The position numbers and the translations under genes were made by a program. Of a stretch of DNA of 64,000 nt, positions 40,401 to 49,892 are shown one piece after another. Within the stretch, counting starts at the first letter, position 1, and every line of letters begins with the position of its first letter. Under the pieces are notes generated by a model that saw only the letters and a list, made by a program, of their open reading frames with translations, made no database searches and had not been told where the DNA came from. Source of the stretch: an uncultured virus (IMG/VR IMGVR_UViG_3300038443_001555) (lineage: Duplodnaviria > Heunggongvirae > Uroviricota > Caudoviricetes); the IMG/VR virus record IMGVR_UViG_3300038443_001555. One strand, given 5' to 3'.

Positions 40401-43400
40401 ATTACCAGCTGGAACACGTCGGCACCAACGCCCAGGAGGCCGGCGGCAAGCTTGCCCTTATTGGCCTGCAGGGCCAGAAGGCCCAGCTGGAACTGTCGCT
40501 GCAGCAGTACGACAGCAAGATGGCAGCATACAATCGCGGTGAAGGCCCGAACCCGATGGGCTGGAGCTGGAACGACCCGCGCAAGGAGCTTCAGGGGCAG
40601 CTTGACCAGGTCAACGAGGCGTTGGCAAAGCTCGGCCAAAAACAGACCGAGATGGCTGCCGAACGCTCGAAAAACTCGCTGCTGGAGGATGCCAGGAAAA
40701 TCAATGACGCGCTGGCGCACATCCCGCTCGCCGACGACATGTCGGCCAAGTTGGGCATCAAGGATCCGGCGGTCATCCAGAGCCTGCAAGAGCGCCGCAA
40801 GGAGATCCAGTTCACCGTCGTCGATGAGAAGAACCACGCTGAAGTGCTCGAGAAGGTCAAGCAGCTGGAACTGGATATCAACGCAGCCAAGAAGCCGGGC
40901 CTGACGCCTGTTGTCGGTGACAAGGATATCGCGCGCGTGCGTATCGAGCAGCTGCAGGAAGAGCTGCGCTTGATGCAGGAAGCCTCCAAGATCCGCGTTG
41001 ATGACTTGAAGTCGCAGAACAAGCGCGGCGATCTGGGCGACCTGCAGCTGATCAACGAGGAGTTGGCCGAGAAGCTGAAGCTGGATCAGAAGGCACTCGA
41101 CATGGCCATCGCCGAGAAGGCCGCAGCCGGCCCGCTCAAGCCGGGTCAGCAAGAGCGCTACAACAGCCGTATCAAGTCGGCTGCGGCGCGTCTCGGGCCG
41201 GACGGCCTCGACGCTCAGGCCGCCGAGCGCCAGCGCCTCGACGCTATCGATCAGATGAACACCGAGGAGCTGCAAGCGCGCGCCAAGGCGCTGGCCAGCA
41301 TGGGCCAGCTCGAGCAGGCCTACCTGATCGGCTGGGAAGCCAAATACGGCGACACGCTTGCGCGCATCAATGCCGACATCGCCGACAGCCGCAACGAGGC
41401 ATATCGGCAGGACCTGGAGCGCTACAAGGCCCACCTGGAGGAGATGCGCCGGCTGGGCGCCAACGACGCCCGCTTCAGGGAGGCGAAGAACGACTTCGGC
41501 GCGGCGTCGGCCGAGCTCAACCAGCGCCTGAACTACCTGCGCCTGCAGAGCGGCCCGGGCACCGGGCTGGGCTCGCAGCTGAGCAACATGGCTGACCAGC
41601 GAGACGTCTACGCCGACATGCTGCCGCAGATGCAGGCTGCACAGAGCCGCGTGCAGGCGCTGTCGTCGGTGATGTACTCGGGCCCGGACGCCAAGGAAAA
41701 GCTGAAGGAGGCCAAAAACGAGCTGGCCGAGATCCAGAGCCAGATGGCCGCCATGCGTAACGCCGCGGTCACCATGGGCGAAGCCATCGCCAAGGCCTTG
41801 ACCGAAGCCTACGGCAAGGGCGGGGCGGCGTTGGGCGGCATGATCACCACGGCCACTGCCTACGACACGAAGATGAAGGAGATCCAGGCGACGCTTGCCA
41901 GCTCCGGCAACACCGAAGCCGACAAGCAAAAGGCCGCCGAGGCCACTGCCTCCGCCCAGATCAAGGCCTACAGCGACATGGCCGGCGCAGCCAAGGGCTT
42001 CTTCGACGCCAACTCGAACGGCTACAAAATCATGGCGGCCGCCGAGAAGGCGTTCCGCGTGATGGAGCTGGTCGAGGCGGGCGCCACGCTGGCCAAGAAG
42101 CTCGGCTTCAAGACGACCGAGGTGACCGCCACGGTCGCCGCCGATGGTATCAAGACCGCCAGCGGCACCGCCGCCACCGCGGCGGACGTCGCCAACGCTG
42201 GCGCCTCGTCGTCGGCCTGGGGCATCACCGCCGTGGTCAAGGCCATCGCCTCGATGCCGTTCCCGATGAACCTTGTGGCCGGCGCCGCCACCCTTGCCGC
42301 CGTCACCGCCGTCGGTGCCAAGGTGATGGGTGCCTTCGGCGGCAGCGACACCACGGCGCAGGACCGGCAGGCTGCCCAGGGCACTGGCACCGTGCTGGGC
42401 GATCCGAACGCCAAGACCGACTCGATCGCCAAGTCGCTCACGCTGATCCAGCAGAACACCTACGACGGCCTGACCGTGTCGCAGGGCATGCTCACGTCGC
42501 TGCAGGCCATCGAAACCAATATCAGCAGCTTTGCCGGCCTGCTGATGCAGACCGCAGGCTTCAGCACCACAGCGGCCGGCACCGACCTGAGCGCCGGCAT
42601 CGGTGCCTCGATCCCGCTGGTCGGTCATCTGCTGTCGTCGATCTTCGGCGGCAAGCAGACGCTCGACGACACCGGCTTCACGATGAACGCCGCGACCCTT
42701 GGCCAGATCGCCAGCCAGGGTGTGAGCGCCAGGACGTATGCCGACATCACCACGTCGGGCGGCTGGTTCCGCGGCGACAGCCACGACACCAAGACGATGG
42801 ACCTGTCGTCGGCGGCCAACCAGCAGATCGGCCAGATCATCACCAGCATCGGCGACACCGTGAAAGCGGCCGGCGCCGCGCTGGGCCTGGACGGCAACCA
42901 GCTGGCGGCCCAGCTGAGCGGCTTCGTGGTCGACATCGGCAAGGTGAGCCTGAAGGGCCTGTCCAGCGCCGACCAGCAGGCCGCGATCCAGGCCGTGTTC
43001 TCGAAGCTGGGCGACCAGATGGCGTCCTCCGCGGTGTCGACCATCACCCAGTTCTCGAAGGCCGGCGAAGGCGCGCTCGAGACCTTGACCCGGGTGGCCA
43101 CCGACTACCAGGCGGTCGATGCTGTGTTCAAGTCGTTCGGCACGACCTTCGGTCAAGTGGGCACCGCTTCGATCGCCGCGCGCGAGAACCTGATCAATCT
43201 GGCTGGTGGCCTCGACAAGTTCACCAGCCAGGCCGAGTACCTGCTGAAGAACTTCCTGACGCAGGGCCAGCAGGCCGCCGCGCTGCACGCCGCGATCGAC
43301 CCGACCCTGGCCAAGTACGGCCTGTCGACCAGCAGCGCGAACGCCCTGCAGCAGTTCGCCAACGTCACCATCGCCTTCGGCCAGATGGGCGACGCTGGCG

Positions 43401-44791
43401 CGGCCGCGTACACCGAGCTGATGCAGATCGCGCCGGCCTTCAAGAGGCTGGTCGACGCCGGCCAGGACCTGCAGAACCAGCTCAATCAGCTGACCCTGAA
43501 CCAGACCCAGCAGGATGCGATCGCGCGCGCCCAGCTGGACCCGGCCAACCAGGCGCTGTTCGATCAGGTGCAGCAGGCCAAGCTGGTGTCGCAGGCCAAG
43601 GCCGACCTGGTCACAGCCTACCAGGCCGAGAGCCAGTCGATCCAGACCGCAATCGACCGCCTGAAGTCGTTCAGCCAGTCGCTGCGCTCCTTCGTCAACT
43701 CGCTGCAGCTGGGCGCCCTGTCGCCACTGAACCCGACCGATAAGTACGGTGCCGCGCTGGCCCAGTTCAACGACACGCTCGTCAAGGCGCAGCATGGCGA
43801 TACCGTCGCCCAGAGCAACCTGCAGTCGGCGGCGCAGGCCTTCCTGCAGGCCTCGCGCGACGCCAACGCATCGAACAGCACCTACCAGGCGGACTACCAG
43901 CGCGTCGTGGCCGCGACCAGTGGCATGGCCGATTGGGCCGACAGTCAGGTCAACGTCGGTCAGGCCAGCCTGAACGCCCTGCATGACCAGGTCGCGCAGC
44001 TGGTCGACATCCATACGGCCACCATGACCGTCGCGGATGCGATCAACAACCTTGCGATCATTATGTCGGCAGGCAAGGACACGTCGATCAACAGCACGAC
44101 GCTGGATACCTTGTACAAGGAGCTGCTGGGCCGTCCGGCCGACGACGCCGGCAAGGCGTTCTACCAGGACCTGCTCAATCGCGGCATCCCGCTGTCGGTC
44201 GTCATTGACGACATCACGCACAGCGCCGAGTACGCCAGCTACACCGCGATGAAGACGCCGACGTCGACGGTCACGCCCAGCACTGGTGGCGGCTCCGTCG
44301 TGTCGATGCCGGCATCCCCGGTCGTCTCGGCACCCAGCCCGACGCTGCAGATCGACACCCTCTACCAGCAGATTCTCGGCCGCCCGGCTGACGCCGCGGG
44401 CGAGGCCTACTGGGTCGACCGGCTACAGAATGGTGTACCTCTGTCGACCATCGCTGACGCAATGCGCCAGAGCACCGAGGCCCGGAATCCGGCCACGGCA
44501 ACCGTGGCCCCGCCGGCATCGGTGACCGAGGCGCCGGTGGTCGACAACACGCCGCCGGCGAGCGATCCGTACGCCGGCATCGTGGCGTCGAACGCGCAGA
44601 TCGCCGCGCAGCTGGCCGCCGTCAACCAGAACATCACCCAGCTGCGCACCGAGCAGCAGGTGCAGACCGACCAGCAGGTCACCGCAACCATGCAGGCCGG
44701 CGCTGACACCGCGGATAACGTGGCCGGCGCCATCACCGAGGCCAGCCGCGCCACGGCTTGGACTGCCGCCAACAAAGTGGAACTCCGATGA
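37415..44791 (+). CDS. tape measure protein (2458 aa) with N-terminal 38-aa repeats and C-terminal DUF4214-like pair
   Basis: Very long Ala-rich helical ORF after chaperones; minor-tail core (LAEAGL...ALPDVMRLA...DIL..G.KSN). Confidence 0.93.
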   Translation: MSDNIDIPIEASGDDGVNRLTSAIDRLTASMERLGETSAAGNLAKQMEQMQGAMNTALGTLTMQMQEMKQVLATGFADISATNEKLIEGMGARQVRAIEESGEKAAAALDAAGLKIKAADARTWEQIGRGSASNVTAAFYQLAQGIPVEAVEARFGQLATSTAAGLNGQLEQLKQFQANAKSLYQTDYKPLAGATAAEIEQANAMNAAWGDAMRVKSASNVDPRTLLGLPSEAEARSIGRSIAAQFRAGVAEEKAALSVDPRTLLGLPAEAEMKAFGTQLAIEMRTAAERAGAASSVDPRTLLGLPSEAESHSIGRSIAAQFRAGVEAEKTTVSVDPRILLGLPSEAEMHAFGTQLAINMRTAVEEESLRAKSAPSVDARTLLGLPSETEVRSMGQQIAAQMREAAALEQAKLRLNTLDAAYATASPTSQVRTAAQAQLLASMSGQEAAAQRFGPLAASAGALAAAEARLAESAAAAGLAHGGLNGALRQAESVFKGAAHEAGVYGLAHGQLIALLAGGALAAALHHIAETGAEVQFELASLSAFSASMEPVDVNKFVGITAGTLTGLKDAAEGVHALAEAGLNQTQAFAALPDVMRLASLGEMSVAQAAEMGVESMHAFGKEVADLDQIGDILVAVGTKSNVSVHRLAEDMKSAATMGELLGMTMEETAAAVGTLAERGLTIQPLSSAMLKLYEPSDKAAKVIKQLGLEVKDQATGAFRPFSDIIADLSGKLMQFSSSGATDTLKAMGFSSRDIKAMEAMTQHLDDYQHLLHEAENSQGKMFDAMTVKEDTVKGAWERLGSTLDGTLVKGFQNASPVIQQVENDLMHLVGSGGAVELVTNLAAGFARLTQVLVENAGIIGSVVAGYVALKAISGLTTLTVEFTVAELAATRAMAANRVETAAAGAQLSLFAVEEEAAGAGAGALEARLLAAGAGARLFSAAFGWIAVAATAAITAYELLSGKVSEVDGKYQAAINTSNTTIDAYDREIERLREMNYQLEHVGTNAQEAGGKLALIGLQGQKAQLELSLQQYDSKMAAYNRGEGPNPMGWSWNDPRKELQGQLDQVNEALAKLGQKQTEMAAERSKNSLLEDARKINDALAHIPLADDMSAKLGIKDPAVIQSLQERRKEIQFTVVDEKNHAEVLEKVKQLELDINAAKKPGLTPVVGDKDIARVRIEQLQEELRLMQEASKIRVDDLKSQNKRGDLGDLQLINEELAEKLKLDQKALDMAIAEKAAAGPLKPGQQERYNSRIKSAAARLGPDGLDAQAAERQRLDAIDQMNTEELQARAKALASMGQLEQAYLIGWEAKYGDTLARINADIADSRNEAYRQDLERYKAHLEEMRRLGANDARFREAKNDFGAASAELNQRLNYLRLQSGPGTGLGSQLSNMADQRDVYADMLPQMQAAQSRVQALSSVMYSGPDAKEKLKEAKNELAEIQSQMAAMRNAAVTMGEAIAKALTEAYGKGGAALGGMITTATAYDTKMKEIQATLASSGNTEADKQKAAEATASAQIKAYSDMAGAAKGFFDANSNGYKIMAAAEKAFRVMELVEAGATLAKKLGFKTTEVTATVAADGIKTASGTAATAADVANAGASSSAWGITAVVKAIASMPFPMNLVAGAATLAAVTAVGAKVMGAFGGSDTTAQDRQAAQGTGTVLGDPNAKTDSIAKSLTLIQQNTYDGLTVSQGMLTSLQAIETNISSFAGLLMQTAGFSTTAAGTDLSAGIGASIPLVGHLLSSIFGGKQTLDDTGFTMNAATLGQIASQGVSARTYADITTSGGWFRGDSHDTKTMDLSSAANQQIGQIITSIGDTVKAAGAALGLDGNQLAAQLSGFVVDIGKVSLKGLSSADQQAAIQAVFSKLGDQMASSAVSTITQFSKAGEGALETLTRVATDYQAVDAVFKSFGTTFGQVGTASIAARENLINLAGGLDKFTSQAEYLLKNFLTQGQQAAALHAAIDPTLAKYGLSTSSANALQQFANVTIAFGQMGDAGAAAYTELMQIAPAFKRLVDAGQDLQNQLNQLTLNQTQQDAIARAQLDPANQALFDQVQQAKLVSQAKADLVTAYQAESQSIQTAIDRLKSFSQSLRSFVNSLQLGALSPLNPTDKYGAALAQFNDTLVKAQHGDTVAQSNLQSAAQAFLQASRDANASNSTYQADYQRVVAATSGMADWADSQVNVGQASLNALHDQVAQLVDIHTATMTVADAINNLAIIMSAGKDTSINSTTLDTLYKELLGRPADDAGKAFYQDLLNRGIPLSVVIDDITHSAEYASYTAMKTPTSTVTPSTGGGSVVSMPASPVVSAPSPTLQIDTLYQQILGRPADAAGEAYWVDRLQNGVPLSTIADAMRQSTEARNPATATVAPPASVTEAPVVDNTPPASDPYAGIVASNAQIAAQLAAVNQNITQLRTEQQVQTDQQVTATMQAGADTADNVAGAITEASRATAWTAANKVELR

Positions 44792-46284
44792 CCAACGCAC
44801 AGTACACCGCCTGGCTGAATGACCCGACCGCAATTCGCAACGTGCTGGTAGAGGCCACCGCCAATGTGAATGGCACCGACACCACTTTCTACCTGTCGGT
44901 GCTGCCCTACGCCAGCTGGGCGACCGATACGCCGGCGAACCAGCCGTACCGCGCGGTGCTGGTCAAGGACGACATCCAGACCAGCGAACAGCTGTCACTC
45001 GACGGCAGCGCCACGATGACGATCGGCGACATCGGCGTGTCCAACGGCGACGGCGCCTTCGACGTCTGGCTCACCTACGTCTGGACCAACCGCCCGGTCA
45101 CCATCCTGTTCGGTGACGTGCGCTGGGCACGCAGCGACTACCAGGTGGTGTTCAGCGGCGTCTCGAACGACATCGGCGCCAAGTCGCGCGACTCGGTGAA
45201 CCTGAAGATCCGCGACAAGCTTGAGCGCCTGAACGTGGCTATTTCCGAGCATCTGCTGGGCGGCACGACCGCCAACCAGAATGCGATGGTGCCGATCGCC
45301 CTCGGCGAGGTGGTTAACGTCACGCCGCTCCTGATCGCGCCCACCACCTTCCAGTACCAGGTGCACGACGGCCAGTTCAACGGGCTGGTCGAGGTGCGCG
45401 ACAATGGCGTGCCGATCGCCAACGACTCGATCGGCTGGGCCGCGGTGACGGTCGACCTTGCGCACGGCACCTTCCAGCTGAACAACTCGCCGGCCGGCAC
45501 GATTACCTGCACCGTGCAGGGCGACGCCAATGGCGGCTACGTCAACACCGTGGCCGGCATCGTCAAGCGCATCGCCAAGAACTACGGCTACGCCGGCAAC
45601 CGCTTCACCGACAGCGAGATCGACCTCACCAACTTCAATGCTTTCGACGCCGCGCATCCGCAGCCGATCGGCATCAGCGTGACCGGCACGACCAACGCGA
45701 TCTCGGTGATCCAGCAGGCGACCAACGCCCTGGGCGCGCAACTGACCGTCTCGCGTGCGGGCCTCCTGCAACTGAAGCAGATCGACTTCGCAAGCCTTGC
45801 GCCGACCTTCACGATTCAGCCACAGCACATGGCCGAGCATAACATCTACCCGGTCGACCGCCAGCCGGTGCAGGGCGACGTCTGGCTGACGTTCTGCCAG
45901 AACCAGACCCAGCAGACCAACCTGGCGACCAGCCTGCCGGCCGAAGCCTTGTCGCTGATGGGCGTGCCCTACCTTGACACACATCAGGTGGACATTGCCA
46001 CCAAGACACTGTATAAACTCACTGCCGAGCCGACGAAGGAAGACACGGTGCTGTTGCGCCGTACCGACGCCAACGCCGAGGCGCTGCGCCGGCTGGCGAT
46101 CCGCAAAGTGCCGCGCACGACCTACCAGTTCGACGCGTTCGCGCCGCTGTTCCAGCTGACGCTGGGCCAGGCTGTGCAGCTGTTTCACCCGCGCTACAAC
46201 CTGTCCGGAGGCGTCAACGGATTGGTGGTCTCGATGAGCACGAAGTGGGCCGCCGGCCGCACCACCGTAGGAGTCATGGTCTAA
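44788..46284 (+). CDS. tail tip/hub structural protein
   Basis: Follows TMP with ATGA overlap; PIALGEV.NVTP.L, VRDNGVP motifs. Confidence 0.7.
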   Translation: MTNAQYTAWLNDPTAIRNVLVEATANVNGTDTTFYLSVLPYASWATDTPANQPYRAVLVKDDIQTSEQLSLDGSATMTIGDIGVSNGDGAFDVWLTYVWTNRPVTILFGDVRWARSDYQVVFSGVSNDIGAKSRDSVNLKIRDKLERLNVAISEHLLGGTTANQNAMVPIALGEVVNVTPLLIAPTTFQYQVHDGQFNGLVEVRDNGVPIANDSIGWAAVTVDLAHGTFQLNNSPAGTITCTVQGDANGGYVNTVAGIVKRIAKNYGYAGNRFTDSEIDLTNFNAFDAAHPQPIGISVTGTTNAISVIQQATNALGAQLTVSRAGLLQLKQIDFASLAPTFTIQPQHMAEHNIYPVDRQPVQGDVWLTFCQNQTQQTNLATSLPAEALSLMGVPYLDTHQVDIATKTLYKLTAEPTKEDTVLLRRTDANAEALRRLAIRKVPRTTYQFDAFAPLFQLTLGQAVQLFHPRYNLSGGVNGLVVSMSTKWAAGRTTVGVMV

Positions 46285-48036
46285 ATGGTCGCACCTGTCA
46301 ACGAGTTCGATACGATCCTTCAGGCCGAGCCGAAGCGTACGCTCGCGCCGCGTGGCGGCATCATCCTCTCGGCCACGCCCAACGTGGTGACCGTCAATGG
46401 TGGCGTCGGCACGCCATCGATCGTCACGCTCGTGGCCTCGCCGCTGGTGGTGGCCGGCTCGGTGGCCTGGTCGACGTCGCCGACCGTGCCGCTGACTTTC
46501 GATTCGACCGGCCTGATCGCGACCCTCAGGTATAGCGACATGGGTACCGGATCGGTGACGGTGACCGCCACCCTGACCTCGAACGGCTTGACCTATACCG
46601 ACAGCCGCACCATTTCGCAGGTCTCGATCGGTAGCCTAGGCTACACCGGTGCGCTCAACGCCACCGCCAACAATACCGCCCAGGGCACGCTCGCCAACCG
46701 TCCCACCGGGGGCAATGGCGACTTCTATTTCGCGACCGATACGCTGACGCTGTACCAGAAAGTGGGCGGCGTCTGGCAGGCTGCTGGTAACAATTTCACG
46801 AACACCTCGCAGCTGATCGACGGCGCCGGACTTGGCACGACCGCAACCTGGGGTGGTGTGTCCGGTACGGGCAAGCCTGCGGACAACGCCACGGCTAACG
46901 TGTTCTCGCAGGGCACCCTACTAAACCGGCCGACAGGCAGTAATGGCGATCTGTATTTTGCGACCGACACCCAGACCCTGTATCAGAAGGTAGGCGGGAG
47001 TTGGGTGGCCGCCGCGAACAACTACACGAATACCAGCCAGCTGACGGATGGTGCCGGCCTTGGGCAGACTGCCGTGTGGGGCAGCGTGTCGGGCACAGGC
47101 AAGCCGGCGGATGGCGCCACGGTGAACAACGTGTCTCAGGGCACGCTGGCTGCGCGCCCAACCGGGGGCAACGGTGATTTTTACTTCGCCACCGACACCT
47201 TGATCCTGTACCAGAAGGTGGCTGGCGCATGGGCGGTAGCTGGCAACCACTTCACGAATACGACGCAGCTGACCGACGGCGCAGGCCTTGGCCAAACCGC
47301 GACCTGGACAGGCGTGACCGGTAGCGGCAAGCCTATCGATTTTCGGGTCATCACGCAGGGCAATTCGCGCACTGCGACCCTGCCGGCCGCACTAGGTTTT
47401 TATATCGGCGGCACGATCAATTCGGTTGCCAGCGCCAGCATCCAGCGCAGCTACTCCTTGGTGGTGTTGAATCGGGCCACCGGCGCTGTGATATCCGCGA
47501 CCGCCTATGACGTATACGGGGTAGGGACCAGCGGGGTCACCACCAAGACCGCCACGGACCTTGCCAACGACCTGAACGCGCTCGGCCCTGACAAGGTCGT
47601 GGTGGTGACCAGCTACGACGAGCCCCAGACTAATCGCCTGACCGGGGGCCTCTCCACCGCGATGCTGCGATGCGGGGCCAGCCGCACTGTATTCGGTTCT
47701 GCCAACTTCAAGCTGCGCTCTGCGTATGTCCTGGTGGGTATTCCAGGCTGCGGTGAAGGTAACGGCGCCGAGGCCTACCAAGGCAGTATCGACAACGATC
47801 CGAATGCCTGGGTGGACGTCGGCTTCACCTTGACCAATGGCGCGCTGACAGGCATCACGGGGGTGTACTCGCCTGTCAACCTGAGTGACTTCAGTAAGGC
47901 CACCAACCTGTCCGATATCGGTACCGCTATCGGCACTTACGTATCCCCGGGCACCGCGCGTACTCAAATCAGCGACACCGGTATTCGGGTGTATGACAGC
48001 AGCAATAACCTCCGCATCAAGATTGGTCAACTGTAA
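46285..48036 (+). CDS. tail fibre protein with 3x76-aa repeats and ILEI/GG-type lectin-like domain
   Basis: Repeats at 46681, 46909, 47137; SYSLVVLNRATG..YDVY..VVVTSYDEP..RSAYVLVG; C-terminal IRVYDSSNNLRIKIGQL. Confidence 0.8.
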   Translation: MVAPVNEFDTILQAEPKRTLAPRGGIILSATPNVVTVNGGVGTPSIVTLVASPLVVAGSVAWSTSPTVPLTFDSTGLIATLRYSDMGTGSVTVTATLTSNGLTYTDSRTISQVSIGSLGYTGALNATANNTAQGTLANRPTGGNGDFYFATDTLTLYQKVGGVWQAAGNNFTNTSQLIDGAGLGTTATWGGVSGTGKPADNATANVFSQGTLLNRPTGSNGDLYFATDTQTLYQKVGGSWVAAANNYTNTSQLTDGAGLGQTAVWGSVSGTGKPADGATVNNVSQGTLAARPTGGNGDFYFATDTLILYQKVAGAWAVAGNHFTNTTQLTDGAGLGQTATWTGVTGSGKPIDFRVITQGNSRTATLPAALGFYIGGTINSVASASIQRSYSLVVLNRATGAVISATAYDVYGVGTSGVTTKTATDLANDLNALGPDKVVVVTSYDEPQTNRLTGGLSTAMLRCGASRTVFGSANFKLRSAYVLVGIPGCGEGNGAEAYQGSIDNDPNAWVDVGFTLTNGALTGITGVYSPVNLSDFSKATNLSDIGTAIGTYVSPGTARTQISDTGIRVYDSSNNLRIKIGQL

Positions 48037-49118
48037 TGTCAGACTTTGGTATCCAGTTTCTCCGCCCAAATGGTAGCGTCTCCATTGACAGCACCAATAA
48101 GGCAGGGGTGTATGTTGAAACTCTGTCGTTGCAAGGAGATCAGTCCGGCAGCAAGATTTATACTGATATTCCGGCGGGTTACCTTTATTTCATTATCGCT
48201 TCGGCTGACCAGCCGCACAGCATCGTCGTAGATAATGACAGCTTAGGCCACGCTAGAATTACGTGGACAGCTAGTACGCTGGGTACGATGTACCAGACCA
48301 CGTCCGTGGTTATTTTCGCCCGCAGAACCAACTCTTCAGACAGCGCGACTATCCTGAATGCCGACGGCGATTACCTAGCTGACCTGAGTTACGCCACGTT
48401 GCAATATAGCAGGACTATAGCTCCCTACGCGCAGAATAGAAATAACTCGCTTTACGTTTCAGGTGGCGGGGCTTTCATCGAAGCTACTTACCAGGCGGGC
48501 AGTAATACGCTTGGAGAGTTATTTTTCCTGAATGTGCCGGATTCGACGGATGACAACGTCTGGTACGCTTTCAACCCGTATTCGGGGGCGTACAAGGAAT
48601 TAAAGGTGTATATCTACACGCCGAACGGGACAGGGAAAATCGTAAAGCTGCCTTCTGTGCATGCCTATTCACTGGGCACTCCTGTAAGCGCGGGTAGCCC
48701 TTTCGGGATGCAATGCCTTAAAGCCAACTCGGCGCTCACATTTGATTCTTCGGCGGAAAACATAGCGATTAAGGATACGGCAACGATTACGCCGCAAGGC
48801 AAGAATTACTTCCCTACACCGGACAACTATACGGTAGCCATGCCGGCTACCTGCGGCATTATCGCCCCATTCTATAAAGAAAAATGGTTCAGCAACTACG
48901 ACAATCAGGATGGTAGTATTGTCGAGTATTGGATGGCTATGTTCCAGAGAAAAGGAAGCACGTTTAGCTACCAGATGCTGCTGGTTTCTGGCACTCCTGG
49001 GCAGGGGCAATACCAAGCCCAATATGCTATCGGGGAAGGCGCTAATGGCGGCGGTGCGATCTTCATCGATATTTCACAGGTTAATCCCTCTCCCAGTTAC
49101 ATAAGCATCTTCAGCTGA
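48036..49118 (+). CDS. tail-tip/receptor-binding accessory protein, lower GC
   Basis: FGIQF....G.V.IDS and FGMQC....LTFDS motifs typical of tail-tip accessory proteins; AT-richer codons. Confidence 0.65.
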   Translation: MSDFGIQFLRPNGSVSIDSTNKAGVYVETLSLQGDQSGSKIYTDIPAGYLYFIIASADQPHSIVVDNDSLGHARITWTASTLGTMYQTTSVVIFARRTNSSDSATILNADGDYLADLSYATLQYSRTIAPYAQNRNNSLYVSGGGAFIEATYQAGSNTLGELFFLNVPDSTDDNVWYAFNPYSGAYKELKVYIYTPNGTGKIVKLPSVHAYSLGTPVSAGSPFGMQCLKANSALTFDSSAENIAIKDTATITPQGKNYFPTPDNYTVAMPATCGIIAPFYKEKWFSNYDNQDGSIVEYWMAMFQRKGSTFSYQMLLVSGTPGQGQYQAQYAIGEGANGGGAIFIDISQVNPSPSYISIFS

Positions 49119-49127
49119 GGAACCAAT

Positions 49128-49838
49128 ATGGCAATTTTAATGGATCACACCGCCCCCAATGGGGCACAAGGAAACTACTTCCGCATTAACCGGATTGAGG
49201 GTATTTTTGCCCCAAGAGAACCAGTCCCGCGCTGGGAAGTGTGGGTGGGTTTTTACGCCAGTCAGGAGGTCCGGGCCGAGAATACAGACCCGATCATGAC
49301 ATATCGGATTAACGTTCCCTTCGCTAACCTGCCCGCTGACCCACGCACCGGAGGCATGCCCAGCTTCTACTCGGTAATCAAGGATTACGAGCCGTTCGCA
49401 GGCAACGTGGTACAGGACGTGCTGGAGGACTCCCCGGATCTTGCGCTCGACGTCGAGAAGGCCTTGAAAAAAGCCGAGCTGGACCGGGCATGGTTGGCGG
49501 CCAATAAGAGCACATTCCCTTACCAGGGCAAGGAATTCGCTATCGATGAGATAGGCTACCAGAACATGATGACGACCCAGGCCACCATCCAGGCTACAGG
49601 TGACTTTCCGGCCGGCTGGCCAGGAGGCTGGAAAACGACTGACCCTTACCCGAACGAGACGTATATCTCGATCACGACTGTCGATGCCTGGGCGCCTTTT
49701 TTCGCTGCCATGACTGCTAAGGGCGTGGATAACTTTAATCGCGCCCAGGCCCTCAAGAAGATGGTCAACGAAGCCACCTCGGTGAATGACGTCCGCCTGA
49801 TCTCGTGGGAGACGCCGATCAGCACATCGGCCAGCTAG
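49128..49838 (+). CDS. tail fibre assembly-like protein with DUF4376-like C-terminus
   Basis: F.YQGKEF..D...WKT.D....L...V..A.....V..ISW pattern; GAGGA SD. Confidence 0.65.
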   Translation: MAILMDHTAPNGAQGNYFRINRIEGIFAPREPVPRWEVWVGFYASQEVRAENTDPIMTYRINVPFANLPADPRTGGMPSFYSVIKDYEPFAGNVVQDVLEDSPDLALDVEKALKKAELDRAWLAANKSTFPYQGKEFAIDEIGYQNMMTTQATIQATGDFPAGWPGGWKTTDPYPNETYISITTVDAWAPFFAAMTAKGVDNFNRAQALKKMVNEATSVNDVRLISWETPISTSAS

Positions 49839-49892
49839 TCAGCAGCCTTGGGTTGTGGTATTTTCGGGAAGAAATTTCCTCCCGAAAATACT

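Noticed and set aside
40295..44221. 1308-aa minus-strand ORF and other long antisense ORFs (25895-27085, 28171-29778, 30977-32263, 55394-56671)
   Set aside because: Shadows of GC-rich codon bias opposite clear genes; no SD or motifs
46681..47340. Fibre repeats as DGR template/variable repeats
   Set aside because: In-frame coding repeats with mostly synonymous, non-adenine-specific differences; no reverse transcriptase seen
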